Notes: generated by a model not told the origin, from the sequence alone. DNA of 64,000 bases from Phaeosaccion multiseriatum (GCA_965112735.1 OZ218956.1:682001-746000); one strand, 5' to 3'; shown: positions 21,991 to 34,418, numbered from the stretch's first letter. Numbers and translations: made by a program.

Positions 21991-24900
21991 ATGGTGGCAA
22001 CCGAAGCGTCTCACGAGGAGAATAAGGTAACAAGATCGAAGGGTAAGCGCGGTCTCTCCCTCTCTCACTTGTTCCCTCCCCTCCCCGCTGGTCGTTGTCT
22101 GTTGCCTGCGGCAGGATGCGCTGGAGAATAATGCGGCTCTTATGGACAAGTACAGGTACCTTGCAGAGAGCTCTCGCCCCCGACCCCGCGGAGGCACCCA
22201 CCCCCTGCTCCTCTTCTTTCCCCCGGTTTGTTCTCCCCCTCACTTTCCCGTTTCAGCCGGCAGATTGGCGCGTACGGACTGGAAGCCATGTCCAAGCTGC
22301 TCAATCTGAAGGTCAGCGAGCTTGAACCAAACCCTTTTGCAAACCCGCGCCTGTCCTTACTCACACACGCTCCTTGCCGCGCACCCGCCTGTCAGGTGCT
22401 CGTGGTGGGCCTCCAAGGGGTGGGCATTGAGACTGCCAAGGACTTGGTGTTGGCCGGGCCGGGGGCAGTTACTCTCTATGACCCTACACCAGCCACAATT
22501 GCAGATCTCGGGGCCAACTTTTTTCTGAGAGAAGACGATGTGGGGAAGCCGAGGGCGGAGGCAGTGGCATCTCGCCTGCAGGAGCTGAATGGGATGGTGG
22601 CAGTGAGTGTGGCGCCAGGAACGTCACTGACTTGTCCGCCCGAGGAGACAATAAAGAGCCACAGCTGTGTGGTGTTTTGCAATGGCGCTCAGAAGGACCT
22701 CCTGGCCTGTGATGCCGTGTGCCGAGAAGCAGGGGTGGCCTTCATCGCCGTGGGCACACTCGGGGGGTTCGGCTACGTGTTTTCGGACTTTGGCCAGGCC
22801 CATGTCATCAAGGACGCCACCGGAGAGAATGTCGCCACTCGACTTATTGTTGATGTGACCAACGACAAGGAGGGGGCCGTCGTGAGTCTCTTGGGGGCGA
22901 ATGGGGAGGAGGGCGGGAGGCTGCACGGCATTGAGTGCACCGAGCACGAGGGGTGGGTGGAGATTAGCGATGTGGAGGGCATGGACGGGGCCATCAACAC
23001 GCCCAAGGGAAGGCCCGTCAAGGTGAAAACCATGACCAAGACGGTTACGCACAAGGTGAAGAACAGCAGCGGGGAGGAGGAGACCAAGGAGAAGCAGGCC
23101 TTCGACGGCTATCGGCTGCGGCTGGAGGGGGTGGACTCCTCGGCATTGTCGCCGTACAAGAACGGGGGGGTGCTCACGCAGGTCAAGCAGCCCTTCACAA
23201 AGGCCTACCGCAGCCTGCAGGACAGCCTCTTGCAGCCGGTGGCGGAGGGCGAGTTCGGGCTCCTCTTTACGGACGGGGCCAAGTTTGGGCGGGGAGAGCA
23301 GCTCCACTTTGCCCTCCTCGCGCTGTGGGCCTTCGAAGAAGCCAAGGGCCGGCTGCCAGAGGCGGGCAACAAGGCCGAGTCGGCGGAGGTCCTGTCCATC
23401 GCGGAGGGGATGGTCAAGAAGCACAAGGCAGAGGCGGAGGGCAGCTGCTTGGTGGTGGAGGAGCTGGAGGCCAAGGTGGTGGAGAAGCTTGCGCTGTACG
23501 CTGCCGTGGAGCTGCAGCCCCTCGCGGCCTTCTTCGGGGGGGTGGTGGCGCAGGAAGTGGTGAAGCTGACGGGCAAGTACTCGCCCCTGAACCAGTGGCT
23601 GCACATGGACTTTGTTGAGGTGCTGCCCGACGAGCCTGCCGACGATGCAGGGCCGCAGGGCACCCGCTACGACCACTTGCTCACGGTCTACGGCCAGCGC
23701 TTTGTGCAGGACAAGCTCAACAACGGTATGTGCGGATGTTACGTGTGTTCTCTTGTGCTTCCTCCCCAGCAGCCCGCCCTTTGGTTCAAACACCGTTTCA
23801 CCTGTGTGCGCCTGTGTGTCTGACACCTTAGGCAAGACCTTCATGGTGGGGTGCGGTGCTCTGGGTTGCGAGTTCCTCAAAAACTTCGCCCTGCTGGGAG
23901 TGGGGGTCGGGCCCGAGGGCGGCATCACCGTCACGGACAACGACCGCATCGAAGTGTCCAACCTCAGCCGACAGTTCCTCTTCCGGGAGGAAAACGTGGG
24001 CCAGCCCAAGAGTCAGGCAGCGGCGGATGCCGTCATTGCGATGAACAAGGCCATCAAGGTCAGCAGTGGTAGTGCTGTGGCTGTCTCTTTGGCTCTGGAC
24101 TAGTCTAATACATCGTCGCCATCTGATGGTCGCCTTTTCCTTTGCTCTCTCTCTCTCTCCTTGCAGCTCACCACGATGGAGACATTGGTGTGTCCCGAGA
24201 CGGAGTCAAGCTTCCCCGACGCGTTCTGGGAGAGCCAGGACTGGATCACCAACGCGCTCGACAACGTCAAGGTAAGCTGCCTGCCGCCCCCTCCACCTAC
24301 AAAGCCCTGCTGCTCCTCGCCTCTGACCAGGCCCTCTCGCTTTCCTTTCGTGTGTGTGTGCTGTTGTGTTGCTCACCAAGGCTCGCCTGTACGTGGATAG
24401 TCGGTGCGTGTTCTACGCCAAGCCGCTCCTGGAGAGTGGAACCCTGGGCACCAAGTGTAATGTGCAGGTGGGTGGATGGGGTACGATCGTTCTTACTGAG
24501 GGTCGCTTCACGTCTGTCGCTCCTCCACCCCTTTCTTGTCTCCTCTCTCGTCTCTTTCTCTCCCTCTCCATGTCTCTTTTGTCACTCTCACTCTCTCACA
24601 CCCTCTGCCTCCTCTCTTTCTTGGTTCTCATGTGTATCCCGCTCCTTTGCTCTCTTATTCTCTCCCCGCTCTCTTTTTTCTCTCCCATCTGCCGGACCTG
24701 ACTCGTCTTCCACAGGTGGTGATTCCGCACGTCACAGCCTCGTACAGCGACGGGCCCAAGGACGACAACAACCAAGACAGCATCCCCATGTGCACGCTGC
24801 GCAACTTCCCCAGCCTAATCGAGCACTGTATCGAATGGGCCCGAGCGCAGTTCGAGGACACCTTCGTCGCCCCCTTCGGTACGGCTGCAATTTAACTGTT

Positions 24901-26608
24901 AACTACGTGCACACATATACACACACCACACTTGTTGTAGACAGTAGAGTAGTCGAGCTTAACTTCCCCCCAAACCCCCCTCACCAGCCTGCCGCTCGTT
25001 CTCTTCCGCCATGCCATGCCTCCTCAGCGGAGGCGAAGAAGTTTGTGAACAACCGCGACGCGTTCCTATCGGCCATCCGCTCCACGACATTGGACAACCC
25101 CAACAAGGCCAAGGCTTTGTCAGCATCGCTTAAGGCGGCGGCCGATTTACAGGTGCTGAAGGACATTGTGGACAAGGGGAGGAAGGGCCTGACCTTCTCT
25201 GACTGCCTCACCGAGGCTTTCGGCATCTTCCACGCTGTGTTCCGCGACAAGGTGCTGCAGCTCATCCATAGGTGGGTCGATGTGGGGTGGGGGGTCGGTG
25301 GGCTGGTGAGAGAGTGGGCGGGTGGGTGGGTGGGTAAGGGAGTGGGTGGATGGGTGTGGAAGTGGGTGGGTGGATGGGTGGATAGGTGGGTGGGTGCGGG
25401 GGTAGGTGACAAAGCGGGGTGGTAAGTAACTCAATGACCATTCGTTTAATGAACACACATATTCCTGCTGCAGTTTTCCGGAGGATCACCGCGTGGAGAG
25501 CGGGGAACGCTTCTGGACCGGCGCCAAGCGCTTCCCCACGGCAGCGCATCTCGACTTTAGCAACCCGCAGCACATGGCTTTTGTCATCTCCGCAGCCAAC
25601 ATCCTAGCCGCAGGGTACGGGGTCTTGCCTCCTCCAGAGGAAGCGCTTTTGCCTCTCGACGCGCCCGAGAGGCAGGTGGAGGCCGCGGTGGCTCATTTGA
25701 CCACGCTTGACGTGCCCATGTGGACGCCTTCAGGGGAGAAGGTGGACCTGTCGGAGGGGGGTGAGACCACGACCGAGGCTGCTGATGATGCCATGGATGT
25801 AACTGACGGCGACGGCGATGATGGCAGCCTGGACAAGGTAGCGGCTCTGCTGCAGGAGCTGCAGGAGGTGGATCTCAAGGGGCTGCGCTTCAGCCCCGCA
25901 GACTTCGAGAAGGACCAGGACCTCAACTTCCACATCGACTTTGTCTCAGCGGCGGCCAACCTCCGCGCACACAACTACCGCATCAAGGAGACGAGTCGGC
26001 ACTCGTGCAAGATGATCGCGGGGAAGATCATCCCTGCACTAGCCACCACCACGGCCTCGGTGTGTGGCCTGGTCATGGTGGAGCTGCTCAAGGTGCTGCA
26101 GGGCAAGCCGCTGGAGGCCTACAAGGACTCCTCCAACAACCTCGGCCTCAACAGCTACTTCTTCAGCGAGCCCGCCCCACCTGAGAAGGCCAAGGACGAA
26201 TACGACCCCATCAACATGGCGGAAGTGCGCTGTGTGCCCTCGGCCTTCACAAAGTGGGACAAGACCGTGGTGGACTGCGGTGACCTCACTCTCCGGCAGT
26301 TCCTTGACGCCTTCAAGCAGCAGACGGGCCTCACAGTGGAGCTGTTGTTTCACAGCGTCAGCGAGCTGGAGGGGGCCCAGCGAGGCCTCATGCTGTTCGA
26401 CTTGGAGGCGTGGAGCCCCAAGCTCAAGGAGCTATATGCCTCCAAGATGGACTGCAGTCTGCGCAAGTGGACGGCGGAACGCTACCAAGAGGCTCCGGTG
26501 GAGGTGATGCTGCCCACTCGCAAGTATGTAGAGCTGCAGGTCACTGCGCTGGATGACGAGGGTAACCCCTGCAGAGTGCCGGCGTGCGTGTACCGCTGGG
26601 CGAGGTAG
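21991..26608 (+). CDS. UBA1: Ubiquitin-activating enzyme E1, multi-exon
   Basis: YSRQIGAYG; VGCGALGCE; [10 protein letters not shown]; ALDNVKAR; ESGTLGTK; catalytic [18 protein letters not shown]; FEKD; [13 protein letters not shown]; C-terminal UFD. Confidence 0.97.
25283..25421 (+). repeat. (GGGT/GGAT)n imperfect microsatellite in UBA1 intron
   Basis: Direct reading. Confidence 0.75.
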
Positions 26609-26785
26609 AGCGTCGGCAGGGCAAAGGACTCGAACAGTGGCGGGGCCCACTCAGCCCCCCTCTTAATTTTAATTAATTAAGAAATTCCATGTCAACTGTA
26701 AGGTTACACTCTGACGGACCGCCCCTTGCCATGTCAACACGCCGCGGCAGGTAAGTAAGTAAGACGGTGCTGTCACTCAGTCTTG

Positions 26786-27490
26786 TCACGCGGTGTTGTG
26801 TCGACTCCGCCTCAGTAAGAGCGCCTCGATTTGCTCTAGCGAAAGGCCCTTGGTCTCCGGGACGTGTTTCTGTGCGTGTTGGGGGGTGCGTGTGGGGCGG
26901 CAGTACAGGGCCTCAGACACGAGGGGGACAGAGGCACCTTTCGCGGTTGTGGGGTTGGGGTGGCACGTTACCTTAATGAAGTACAGCGCATACACGTCGA
27001 GCGCAGCGAAGAGGCCGAAGGTCCAAGACACCCCCACGTACTCCATAAAGCTGAAGGAGGGCACAAGAGAGAGAGAGAGAAAGGCAAGAGAGAGAGGTAG
27101 AGAGAGAGAGAGAGAGAGAAGGGGAGGGAGAAAGGTGGTCAGCAGGCCGAGGGTACCGAGTACAAGCGAAGGGGTCAGGACAGGACTTCAGAGCCGCGCC
27201 GCCAACGGGAGGCCTTTGCTTCTCCTTGGCACACACGCCCACGCCAACGTACCTCGGGAAGACGAGCGTGACGACAAGGTTGCTGAAGAAGTTCATGACC
27301 ACCGACACCGAGATGGCCTTACCGCGCACCTCCAGAGGGAAGATCTCGCTGATGATGAGCCACACCACTGGCCCGAAACCCACCTAGGGCGGACAGAGGG
27401 GCAGGGGAGGAGGAGAAGCGGTGAGGAGGAGGAGGAGGAGGAGGAGGAGGAGGAGGTGAGGGAAGCGGCAAGGGGAAGGTGCCCCCCATC

Positions 27491-27531
<41 letters not shown>

Positions 27532-27544
27532 ACAACAACAACAC

Positions 27545-27643
<99 letters not shown>

Positions 27644-29421
27644 GCATAGCAACAACAACAACAACAGCCGCAACACAGACGCCCGAGAGTATGGCGCCCT
27701 CACCTGATAGCCGCCAATGTACAAAAACATTGCCATGAGGATGTACACCTTTTGAGTGTCCAGGCCCTGCGCCCCGCAGCACGTACAACTGCTGCTGCTG
27801 CTACTGCTGCTGCTGCTGGAGGAGGCGCAATCGCAGGCAGAGGACGCCCAGCTGCACTGGCTTGAGCAGTCGGATTGCGAGTGATAACCGTTGCAGTCGT
27901 CCTCACTCTCGTAGGGGAACATGAAGGCCACCACCAGCACTACCAGCGCCACCAGCATGAGCACGCAGCCTATGTTTAGCAGCTTCACCCTGCCACGCCC
28001 GTCCACCGAGAAGACGGCGACGAGCGTGGCGCACAGCTTGAACGCGGCCACCATGACCGACGCGCTGTTTCCCAGCCCCACGTCCGCGAAGATGCTGTCT
28101 GCGTAGTACAGCACGGAGGGCTGGCCAGTCACCTGAGCTCGGGGGTGTGGGGCAGGACGGGCGATGAGGGGAGGACACGGGACCGGGGGCGGTGGGGTGG
28201 GAGGAAGGATCTCCTCCTCCTCCTCTTCATCCGCCTCCTCCTCCTCTTCCTCCTCCTCGTCGTCGTCGTCGTCGAGCAACCCTACCTGCTGCAGCACCAC
28301 GAGTCCCACTCCGACCATGAGGGCGGGCCGGCAGGTCGGAGACAGGAGCGCTCGGAAGCCCACAGATGCCGCCTCCGCGCCCTTCTCTGCGGACGCCTGG
28401 ATCTCGGCAATGGCCAGCTCGCTGCCGGTTGTGCAGGGCAGGCAGTCAGCGGTAGAGGGAGGGTCAGACGCAAGATGCAGACAAGCACATTATTTACGGG
28501 GGGGGCACTTTGCACGTTGCCCTTGCACTTACCTGATGGTCGGCGTGACGAAGTGCAGCGACTGGCGGGCCTGCACCATCCGCCCCTTGAGCACCAGCCA
28601 GCGCGCAGAGGGAGGCATGCAGTACATGCCGCTGCACATGAGCAGGGCGGGGATGGCGCCTAGCGAGTACACGGTCCGCCAGCCCCCCACAGTGTCCTCG
28701 TACATCCAGCCCAAGACGTAGCCCAACAGGATGCCCACCACCACCATGGCCTCCTTCATAGACACGAGCACGCCGCGCACGCTCGCAGGAGCCATCTCAC
28801 CAATGTACGCAGGGGCCTGTGGTCGCGCGAGGTGGGGGAAACAAGAAAGTCCCACCAATTGTAAGGAGCGGGTCGGACGAGGGCCTGCGACTTCATGGTA
28901 CTCACCCCGTGCATTGCAAAGCCGCATCCGAGCCCGTAGCATAGGCGGCCCGACATGAGAACGCTGACTCCCAGCGCAGGAGCCCAGGACGAGTTTCCAC
29001 TGACACCCTCTACGATGCTCCCCACAAAGAACAGGATGGACGCAATTATAAGCTCCACCCTTCGCCCAATCAAGTCCCCTACACGAAAGCAAATGATGCT
29101 GCCAAACATGGCGCCCAGCACGCCGCTGGACGTAATAACGCCCTGAAGAAATGTGCTGTTCGCCACCACACTACTCCACGTGACATCTGACAGGTCGTCG
29201 TCGACGAGCATGGCCAGCACAGAGCTCGTCGCACCAATATCGTACCCAAAGAGCAGGCCACCGAGGGCTGGAAAGAAGAACACAAAGAAAGTCCTTTTTC
29301 GGCTGTAAGTGACGGAAGCTCCACTCTTCACGTCTCCTCCACCTCCTCGTCCTAGTGCTGCCGCGGCTGCATCATTCTCCTCCTTCAACAATGGCGTATT
29401 CTCGTATCCCTTTTCCATCAT
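26786..29421 (-). CDS. MFS sugar porter, vacuolar glucose transporter (VGT)/xylose-H+ symporter-like, multi-exon
   Basis: GGLLFGYDIGATS; D-IGRR; PAYIGEMAP--VRG; LQQ|VTGQPSVLYYA; YQ|VGFGPVVWLIISEIFPLEVRG; VPETKGLSLEQIE; N-terminal ENTPLL dileucine motif. Confidence 0.93.
27489..27665 (+). repeat. (CAA)n microsatellite in sugar porter intron
   Basis: Direct reading. Confidence 0.9.
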
Positions 29422-29716
29422 TGCTGCACGCAATGGCAGCGAGTCAGAAGACGCGAAAAAGCGCCAAGGAAGTTCCAAAACTGCCTCCCTGATGCCTTCT
29501 TCGAGACAAGAGGCCCACCTACTCAGTCGAGCCGATGTACAGCGATAGAAGCTGTAAAGAAGCGAGCATCTCGTCTTGCAGAAAGAAAAAGGGGTTCCGC
29601 GAAACCGGAGCCAGCTGTGAGTGAGCCCCTGGATCACCAACCCTTACACCTTATACCCCCTCTCTCACTTCTTGTGCTTCTCGATCCAAGCAGTTGTGGG
29701 TGATGACTTAAGCTCC

Positions 29717-30844
29717 ATGCGGTCGTCATGGTGGGCGAAACTCGCCGTGTATCTGCTGACGGGAGCAGCCCTGGTTATGATGGCTTCGTTCCTGCGGGTG
29801 ACGAGGATAAATGGGTCCGAAAGGCCAACTGGCGACATGACGCTTACCGCGCGGCTGTTTGGCTGGACCAAGCTTGTGCGATGCCAGTATGTGTGCGAGG
29901 ATTTGTCTTCGTATACGGCAGAGGTGTGGAGTCGACAAGATGTGCGAGAGAGGTATGACGCCGAATTATGGCGGCGAAGAGAGAGAAAGTCTTCGCGCCG
30001 GAGCCTGTTGGCAATCACCACTTGCAACCAGTGGCACATTACAGAGACATTGCTGCGTCACTTGGTGGATAGCTATGACAATGCGGGGGTAGAGAGAAGC
30101 TTCGATGTGGTGGTGATTGACGACAACAGCGAAGATGGCACGCCTGCAAGAGTGGCAGACTCGTTCGGGCCAGACACTTTCTATGTGGTGACTAAGGAGA
30201 AGCCCCGCGGCCTGACGCACAGCTGGAATGTGGCGTACCAAATCTTCAAGGGGGAGGGCTACGAGAACTTCTTCCTCGTGAACAATGACCTCATCATTCC
30301 GCGGGGAGCCCTGGAGCGCATGGCGGAGGCTCTCGAGACTGACTCGCGCATCGACGAGCTGGGCCCGCTGTACCACGAACAGGGGCTGGGCGCGGGGGCC
30401 AAGGCAAAGAACTACCCATACCAAAACGTTGCTGTCACCAGGCCGGACAGTGGTGCTGAGAAGCTCCTGGACGACTTGCCGCTGAGCGTGGACGAGATTC
30501 AGCGACGGGTGGAGCTGGTGCCAGGGGCGGGGGGGGGGGCGGTTAGCGAGGCGCCCATGGGCATGCTAGGCAGCTTCCTGGGCTTCAATCGACGCATCAT
30601 TGCCAAGGAGATACAGCCACACCACCTGTTCTGCCCCAGCTTGGTCAACCTCGGCCAGGAGGCGGAGATGCGGTGCCGCACGGGCGACAAGGCCATCCAC
30701 GCCTTTGTGAGTCGGGAGGCCTTTGTGTTCCACTCCAAGGGGGGCACTTTGGGCGGCTACGGGCAGGCGGGCAGAAACAGCATCATGGAATGTCACAGCC
30801 CCGCAGCGAACGCCGAGAATGCGCCTCCCGCCGCCGGCGAGTAG
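29717..30844 (+). CDS. Glycosyltransferase family 2-like (GT-A fold), type II membrane, intronless
   Basis: N-terminal TM; VVVIDDNSEDGT; RGLTHSWN; FFLVNNDL; VFHSKGGT. Confidence 0.85.
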   Translation: MRSSWWAKLAVYLLTGAALVMMASFLRVTRINGSERPTGDMTLTARLFGWTKLVRCQYVCEDLSSYTAEVWSRQDVRERYDAELWRRRERKSSRRSLLAITTCNQWHITETLLRHLVDSYDNAGVERSFDVVVIDDNSEDGTPARVADSFGPDTFYVVTKEKPRGLTHSWNVAYQIFKGEGYENFFLVNNDLIIPRGALERMAEALETDSRIDELGPLYHEQGLGAGAKAKNYPYQNVAVTRPDSGAEKLLDDLPLSVDEIQRRVELVPGAGGGAVSEAPMGMLGSFLGFNRRIIAKEIQPHHLFCPSLVNLGQEAEMRCRTGDKAIHAFVSREAFVFHSKGGTLGGYGQAGRNSIMECHSPAANAENAPPAAGE

Positions 30845-30953
30845 AAGGGTCGGGGCAGTATGGGTGTAGGACGTCGAAAGCCAACAGGATATTAAAAAAG
30901 CACTCAGCTCTGCAATTACTAGGCCAAGTGTGCCTCTTTTCTTCCTTGCTGTG

Positions 30954-31142
30954 GCACAGGAAAGCTATGCCATCGATCCTCCATCCGCTCCCCCCATGCA
31001 TCAGCACAGCAAAGCTATGCCATTGATCCTCCATCCGCTCCCCCCATGCATCAGCACAGGGAACGACCGTATTGCGCCCCTCTTCTACTTTTGTGGCACA
31101 GGAAGCCCTTTGCCATCGATCCTCTATCCGTTCCCATGTATC
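30954..31142 (+). repeat. 50-bp tandem repeat (2 near-identical copies + 1 degenerate copy)
   Basis: gcacag(g/c)aaagctatgccat(c/t)gatcctccatccgctccccccatgcatca at 30954 and 31004; diverged copy from ~31095. Confidence 0.85.
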
Positions 31143-31186
31143 TCGTCAAGCAGCACAAGAAACACCCCTTCTCAGGCGCTGCTCCC

Positions 31187-33151
31187 TCAAGTGTCTTCGT
31201 TGCTGGCTTGCATGACGCTTCCATCGCTTCTGCTGCGGCTGCGGCTGCGGTTCCTCCTGTCAGACTGCTCATTCTCCTCGTCGTGGTCCTCACTCTTCCT
31301 CCCTCTCTCTCTACGGTCGCTGTCCTCCTCCTGCTCAGCCGAGTCCTCCTCCTCCCCCCGATCAGCTTTGCTCCTCCTCCTCCCCTGCTGCTGGCCCTGC
31401 TGGTCCTGCTGAGTCACTGGGTTTACTACTGTGGCAAAGTAGTCGTCAAGAGCCGCCACGGCTCCATCTATATCCTGGTACTCCACAATGTGCCCTCGCC
31501 CGTCCCCCTTGATCTTGCTGGACAGATTCCGCCCGCTGCTCGCGTCGAACAAGCAAAGGGAGCTCTTCTTCCGCCGGCTGGCCCAAAAGCAGAAGTCGTA
31601 ACCGACTTCATGTGAGGGCAAGGTCAAGTCCAGCACCATCAAGTCTGCGGCCTTCATCTTGTCCAGCTGCCCCGACAAACAACGCGCACCAAGAAAACGA
31701 CCACAACATGCGTAAGTGAGATGATGGGAGAGAGGGACAGAGAGTCTATGCACACGCAGCACAGCACACAACACAACGGACCTGCGTACGGCTGTGAGCG
31801 AGCTCCGGGTCTTCTCCCACCGCCCCATGTCTATCCTCTTCTTCTCTGGTCTCGGACGCGTCCCCGTCCTCGTCCTGAGAGCCTCTCCTCCGTCCGTCCT
31901 CGCTTGTCTCACCCTTCACCTTCACCCCCTCGCTTGGCTCTCCATCCACGCTCACCCCCTCGGCTTCAGGAGGGTTCAGCACCTTCCCGTACTCCTTTTC
32001 CTATGTATGAAACACGGCAAGAGAAGCGCCTCAGGTCAGGCCCGTCTTGAGTTGGAACACACACACAGGGACAGGTGAGTACTGTACCTCGATTCGCTCC
32101 GCAATCCTCCGAACAAGCTCGGGGTTGGCGAGGGAGGGAAAGCTCAAGTACACCCGATGTGCCTTCGTGGCGTTCGTCGCAGAGGCGTTCGCGTCCGAGT
32201 AACGAGCGTATTTGCAGCTGGTGATGCGCAGGCTGTCCTGTTGGCGGTCTATTTTGATGACGCCCTTCTCACCGATGGCATGAAGGAGCTCTCCGAAGCG
32301 TGAGTACGCGCTGTGGGCAGGGCAAGAGGTCAGAATGGACCCTCTAAAAGTTGGAAGCTTCTCCCAAGCCATGCCATAGGCTACGCAACGCACCTGTTGG
32401 CCACGCTGTAGTCTCTATTGATACGCTGCATGCGGTCATTGACGATGCTCGCGTTCAGCGGGAAGCGCCGACCTGCCTCGCACACCTCCTAACATGTCCG
32501 TGTTCATCAAGGGCAAAAGGAGGGGGCTTAGCAAGGGGGTGTTCCGCCTCCCTCCTCTTGCGCACCCACGGACCCACCTTTATGGCTTGGATGAAAAGCT
32601 GGTCGACCTCATCCTTTTCCAGAAACTTTCCCCTCATGTGGCGAGCCCCTCCCCCCCGACTGCGCCTACCCGCATCGGTTCTGCTATGGCCGTTGCTGAA
32701 GGACGGTGAGGGGGTGAGGGTGAGGGTGAGAGCTGCAAGAAACTCACGCTCACAAAGTCCATGGACTTACCGATTACTGTCCCCATTCCGAGCACCATTT
32801 CTACCGGCATCCCTGTCCCTGTCTCTGTCCCTGTCCCCTCCTCTATCTCTAAACCCGTCCCTCTCTCTACTGTTCCTGTGGCTCCTCGAGTCTCTAGTGT
32901 CCCTCCCGCCTCGCCGATCTCGACTCTCCCGCCGGCCATCTCGAGACCGGCTTCTCCTGAGGGGGGAAACGGGCCAGCAGCGGCGGCAGGTCAGACACAC
33001 AAGGGTAGGCTTGCTGTTATGGAGGCAATGTCCCTCAACCAACCCACCTCGAGTCCTCCCTTCTCCTCCCGTCTCTCTCCCTCGATCTGCTCCTATGGCG
33101 TGAGTCAGCCCTGGGCCTGCTGCTCCGGTACCGGTCCCCGTCGGGCGCCAT
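31187..33151 (-). CDS. RS/RD-rich + LOTUS(OST-HTH)-like + DNPH1/RCL-like domain protein (7 exons, ~474 aa)
   Basis: Exons 33151-33048, 32956-32771, 32695-32578, 32488-32394, 32310-32088, 32000-31782, 31666-31187 splice in frame with GT-AG. 'AADLMVLDLTLPSHEVGYD...LCLFDASSGRNLSSKIKG...EY...ALDDYF' is DNPH1-like. Confidence 0.78.
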
Positions 33152-33343
33152 GGGGCTACTCGTGTATCGACGGAGGTGTGGGTTTTTCAAGGTTGTGCCC
33201 ATATGCTGATGACATGCTGGTCTGCCTTTGCCCCCCTCCTGAGAGAGAGACCTTGAAAGGAAAGGAGGAAGCCTTTCCAGCTGAGAGAGAAATGACGTGA
33301 GGCCGCGCACCGTGTTGTCTTCCTTTCGCTGCGCTGCTTCTGG

Positions 33344-34418
33344 ATGGGTGTGAGTGTCGATGACCTCACTCCCATGGTGTCTGGCGCGGGGGCTGGGGTG
33401 GTCTGCTCCGTAGTGTGCTCGCCGCTGGATGTGGCCAAAGTGCGAGTCCAGATGCAAGGTGAGAATCTTGCTCTAACGTCTACAGGGAAGTGTTCGTGCT
33501 CTCACGCCCCCTCCCGCTCCCCTACTCTTTTGTCTGCCTCTAGATGCCATTTTCTTCAGGGCGAAGGGAAGCGCCGACAAGAAGTACCGGGGTATTATCC
33601 CCACCCTGCGCACGATCCGGCTGGAGGAAGGGTATCGCGGCTGGTACAAGGGACTCACACCCGCCCTTATTTGCATACCCGTGTTTTGGGGCGTGTACTT
33701 CCAGGTCTATGAGAAGGCCAAGGCCGGCTTCTCGGCCCGGACAGGGCGCGACGAGTTTGTGCTGTCCGCCATCACCGCCGGCCTCATCACGGACTGCGTG
33801 ACGAACCCCTTTTGGGTGGTGCGGACGAGAATGCAGACGGCAGCCATGCACGCCAGTGTAGACGGGACTCAGAAGATGCCGGTCAAGGGCATGTTTCGCA
33901 CTTTTTCCACAATTTTGAAGACCGAAGGTGTGTACGGCTTCTACCGAGGGCTAACTGCCTCCTTTCTCGGCCTGGCGCACGTGGCCATCCAGTTCCCCTT
34001 GTACGAGATGATGAAGAAGAAGGCCCGGGAGAGAAACGAAGATGGGGTGGAGCGGCCGCACCAGCTGGTGCTCGCCTCCGCGCTGAGCAAGCTGGCAGGG
34101 TCGTGCGTCACGTACCCTCACGAGGTGCTGCGCTCGAGGATGCAGGACGACCGCCACCACAAGCCACTAGGGCTCGTGGGCATGGTCAAGCGCATCGTGC
34201 ACAGGGAGGGCGTTGGGGCCTTCTACACGGGCTTCCGCCTCAACATGGTGCGGGTGGTGCCCTCCTGCATGGCCACCTTCCTCAGCTACGAGTTCATCAA
34301 GCGAAAGATGACGAGCTTGGCAGAGGCCAGGAGGCAGCAGGCGACGGCGAACACGGGGGGCCGTGCCGCCAACCACTCTGCGCCTGTCCTCGTCGCGAGG
34401 CAGCAGACAAGAAGCTGA
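33344..34418 (+). CDS. Mitochondrial carrier, NAD+/folate transporter subgroup (NDT1/SLC25A32-like)
   Basis: Three carrier signatures: SPLDVAKVRVQ, NPFWVVRTRMQ (W variant), YPHEVLRSRMQ; also HVAIQFPLYE. One intron. Confidence 0.92.

Noticed and set aside
22624-24009. Long antisense ORFs (also 36793-38154, 40684-41811, 47089-48360, 50168-51313)
   Set aside because: Shadows of GC-rich coding sequence on the opposite strand.
30954-31142. CRISPR-like array
   Set aside because: Repeats are contiguous without unique spacers; eukaryotic context; no cas genes.
33290-33300. TGACGT CRE/CCRE-like hexamers in divergent gaps (also ~44180, ~62060)
   Set aside because: Too few and too short to distinguish from background.
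8802-34418. NADAR + DNPH1-like + NAD carrier as a nucleotide/NAD defence cluster
   Set aside because: Spread over 25 kb among unrelated housekeeping genes; only the last two are adjacent.
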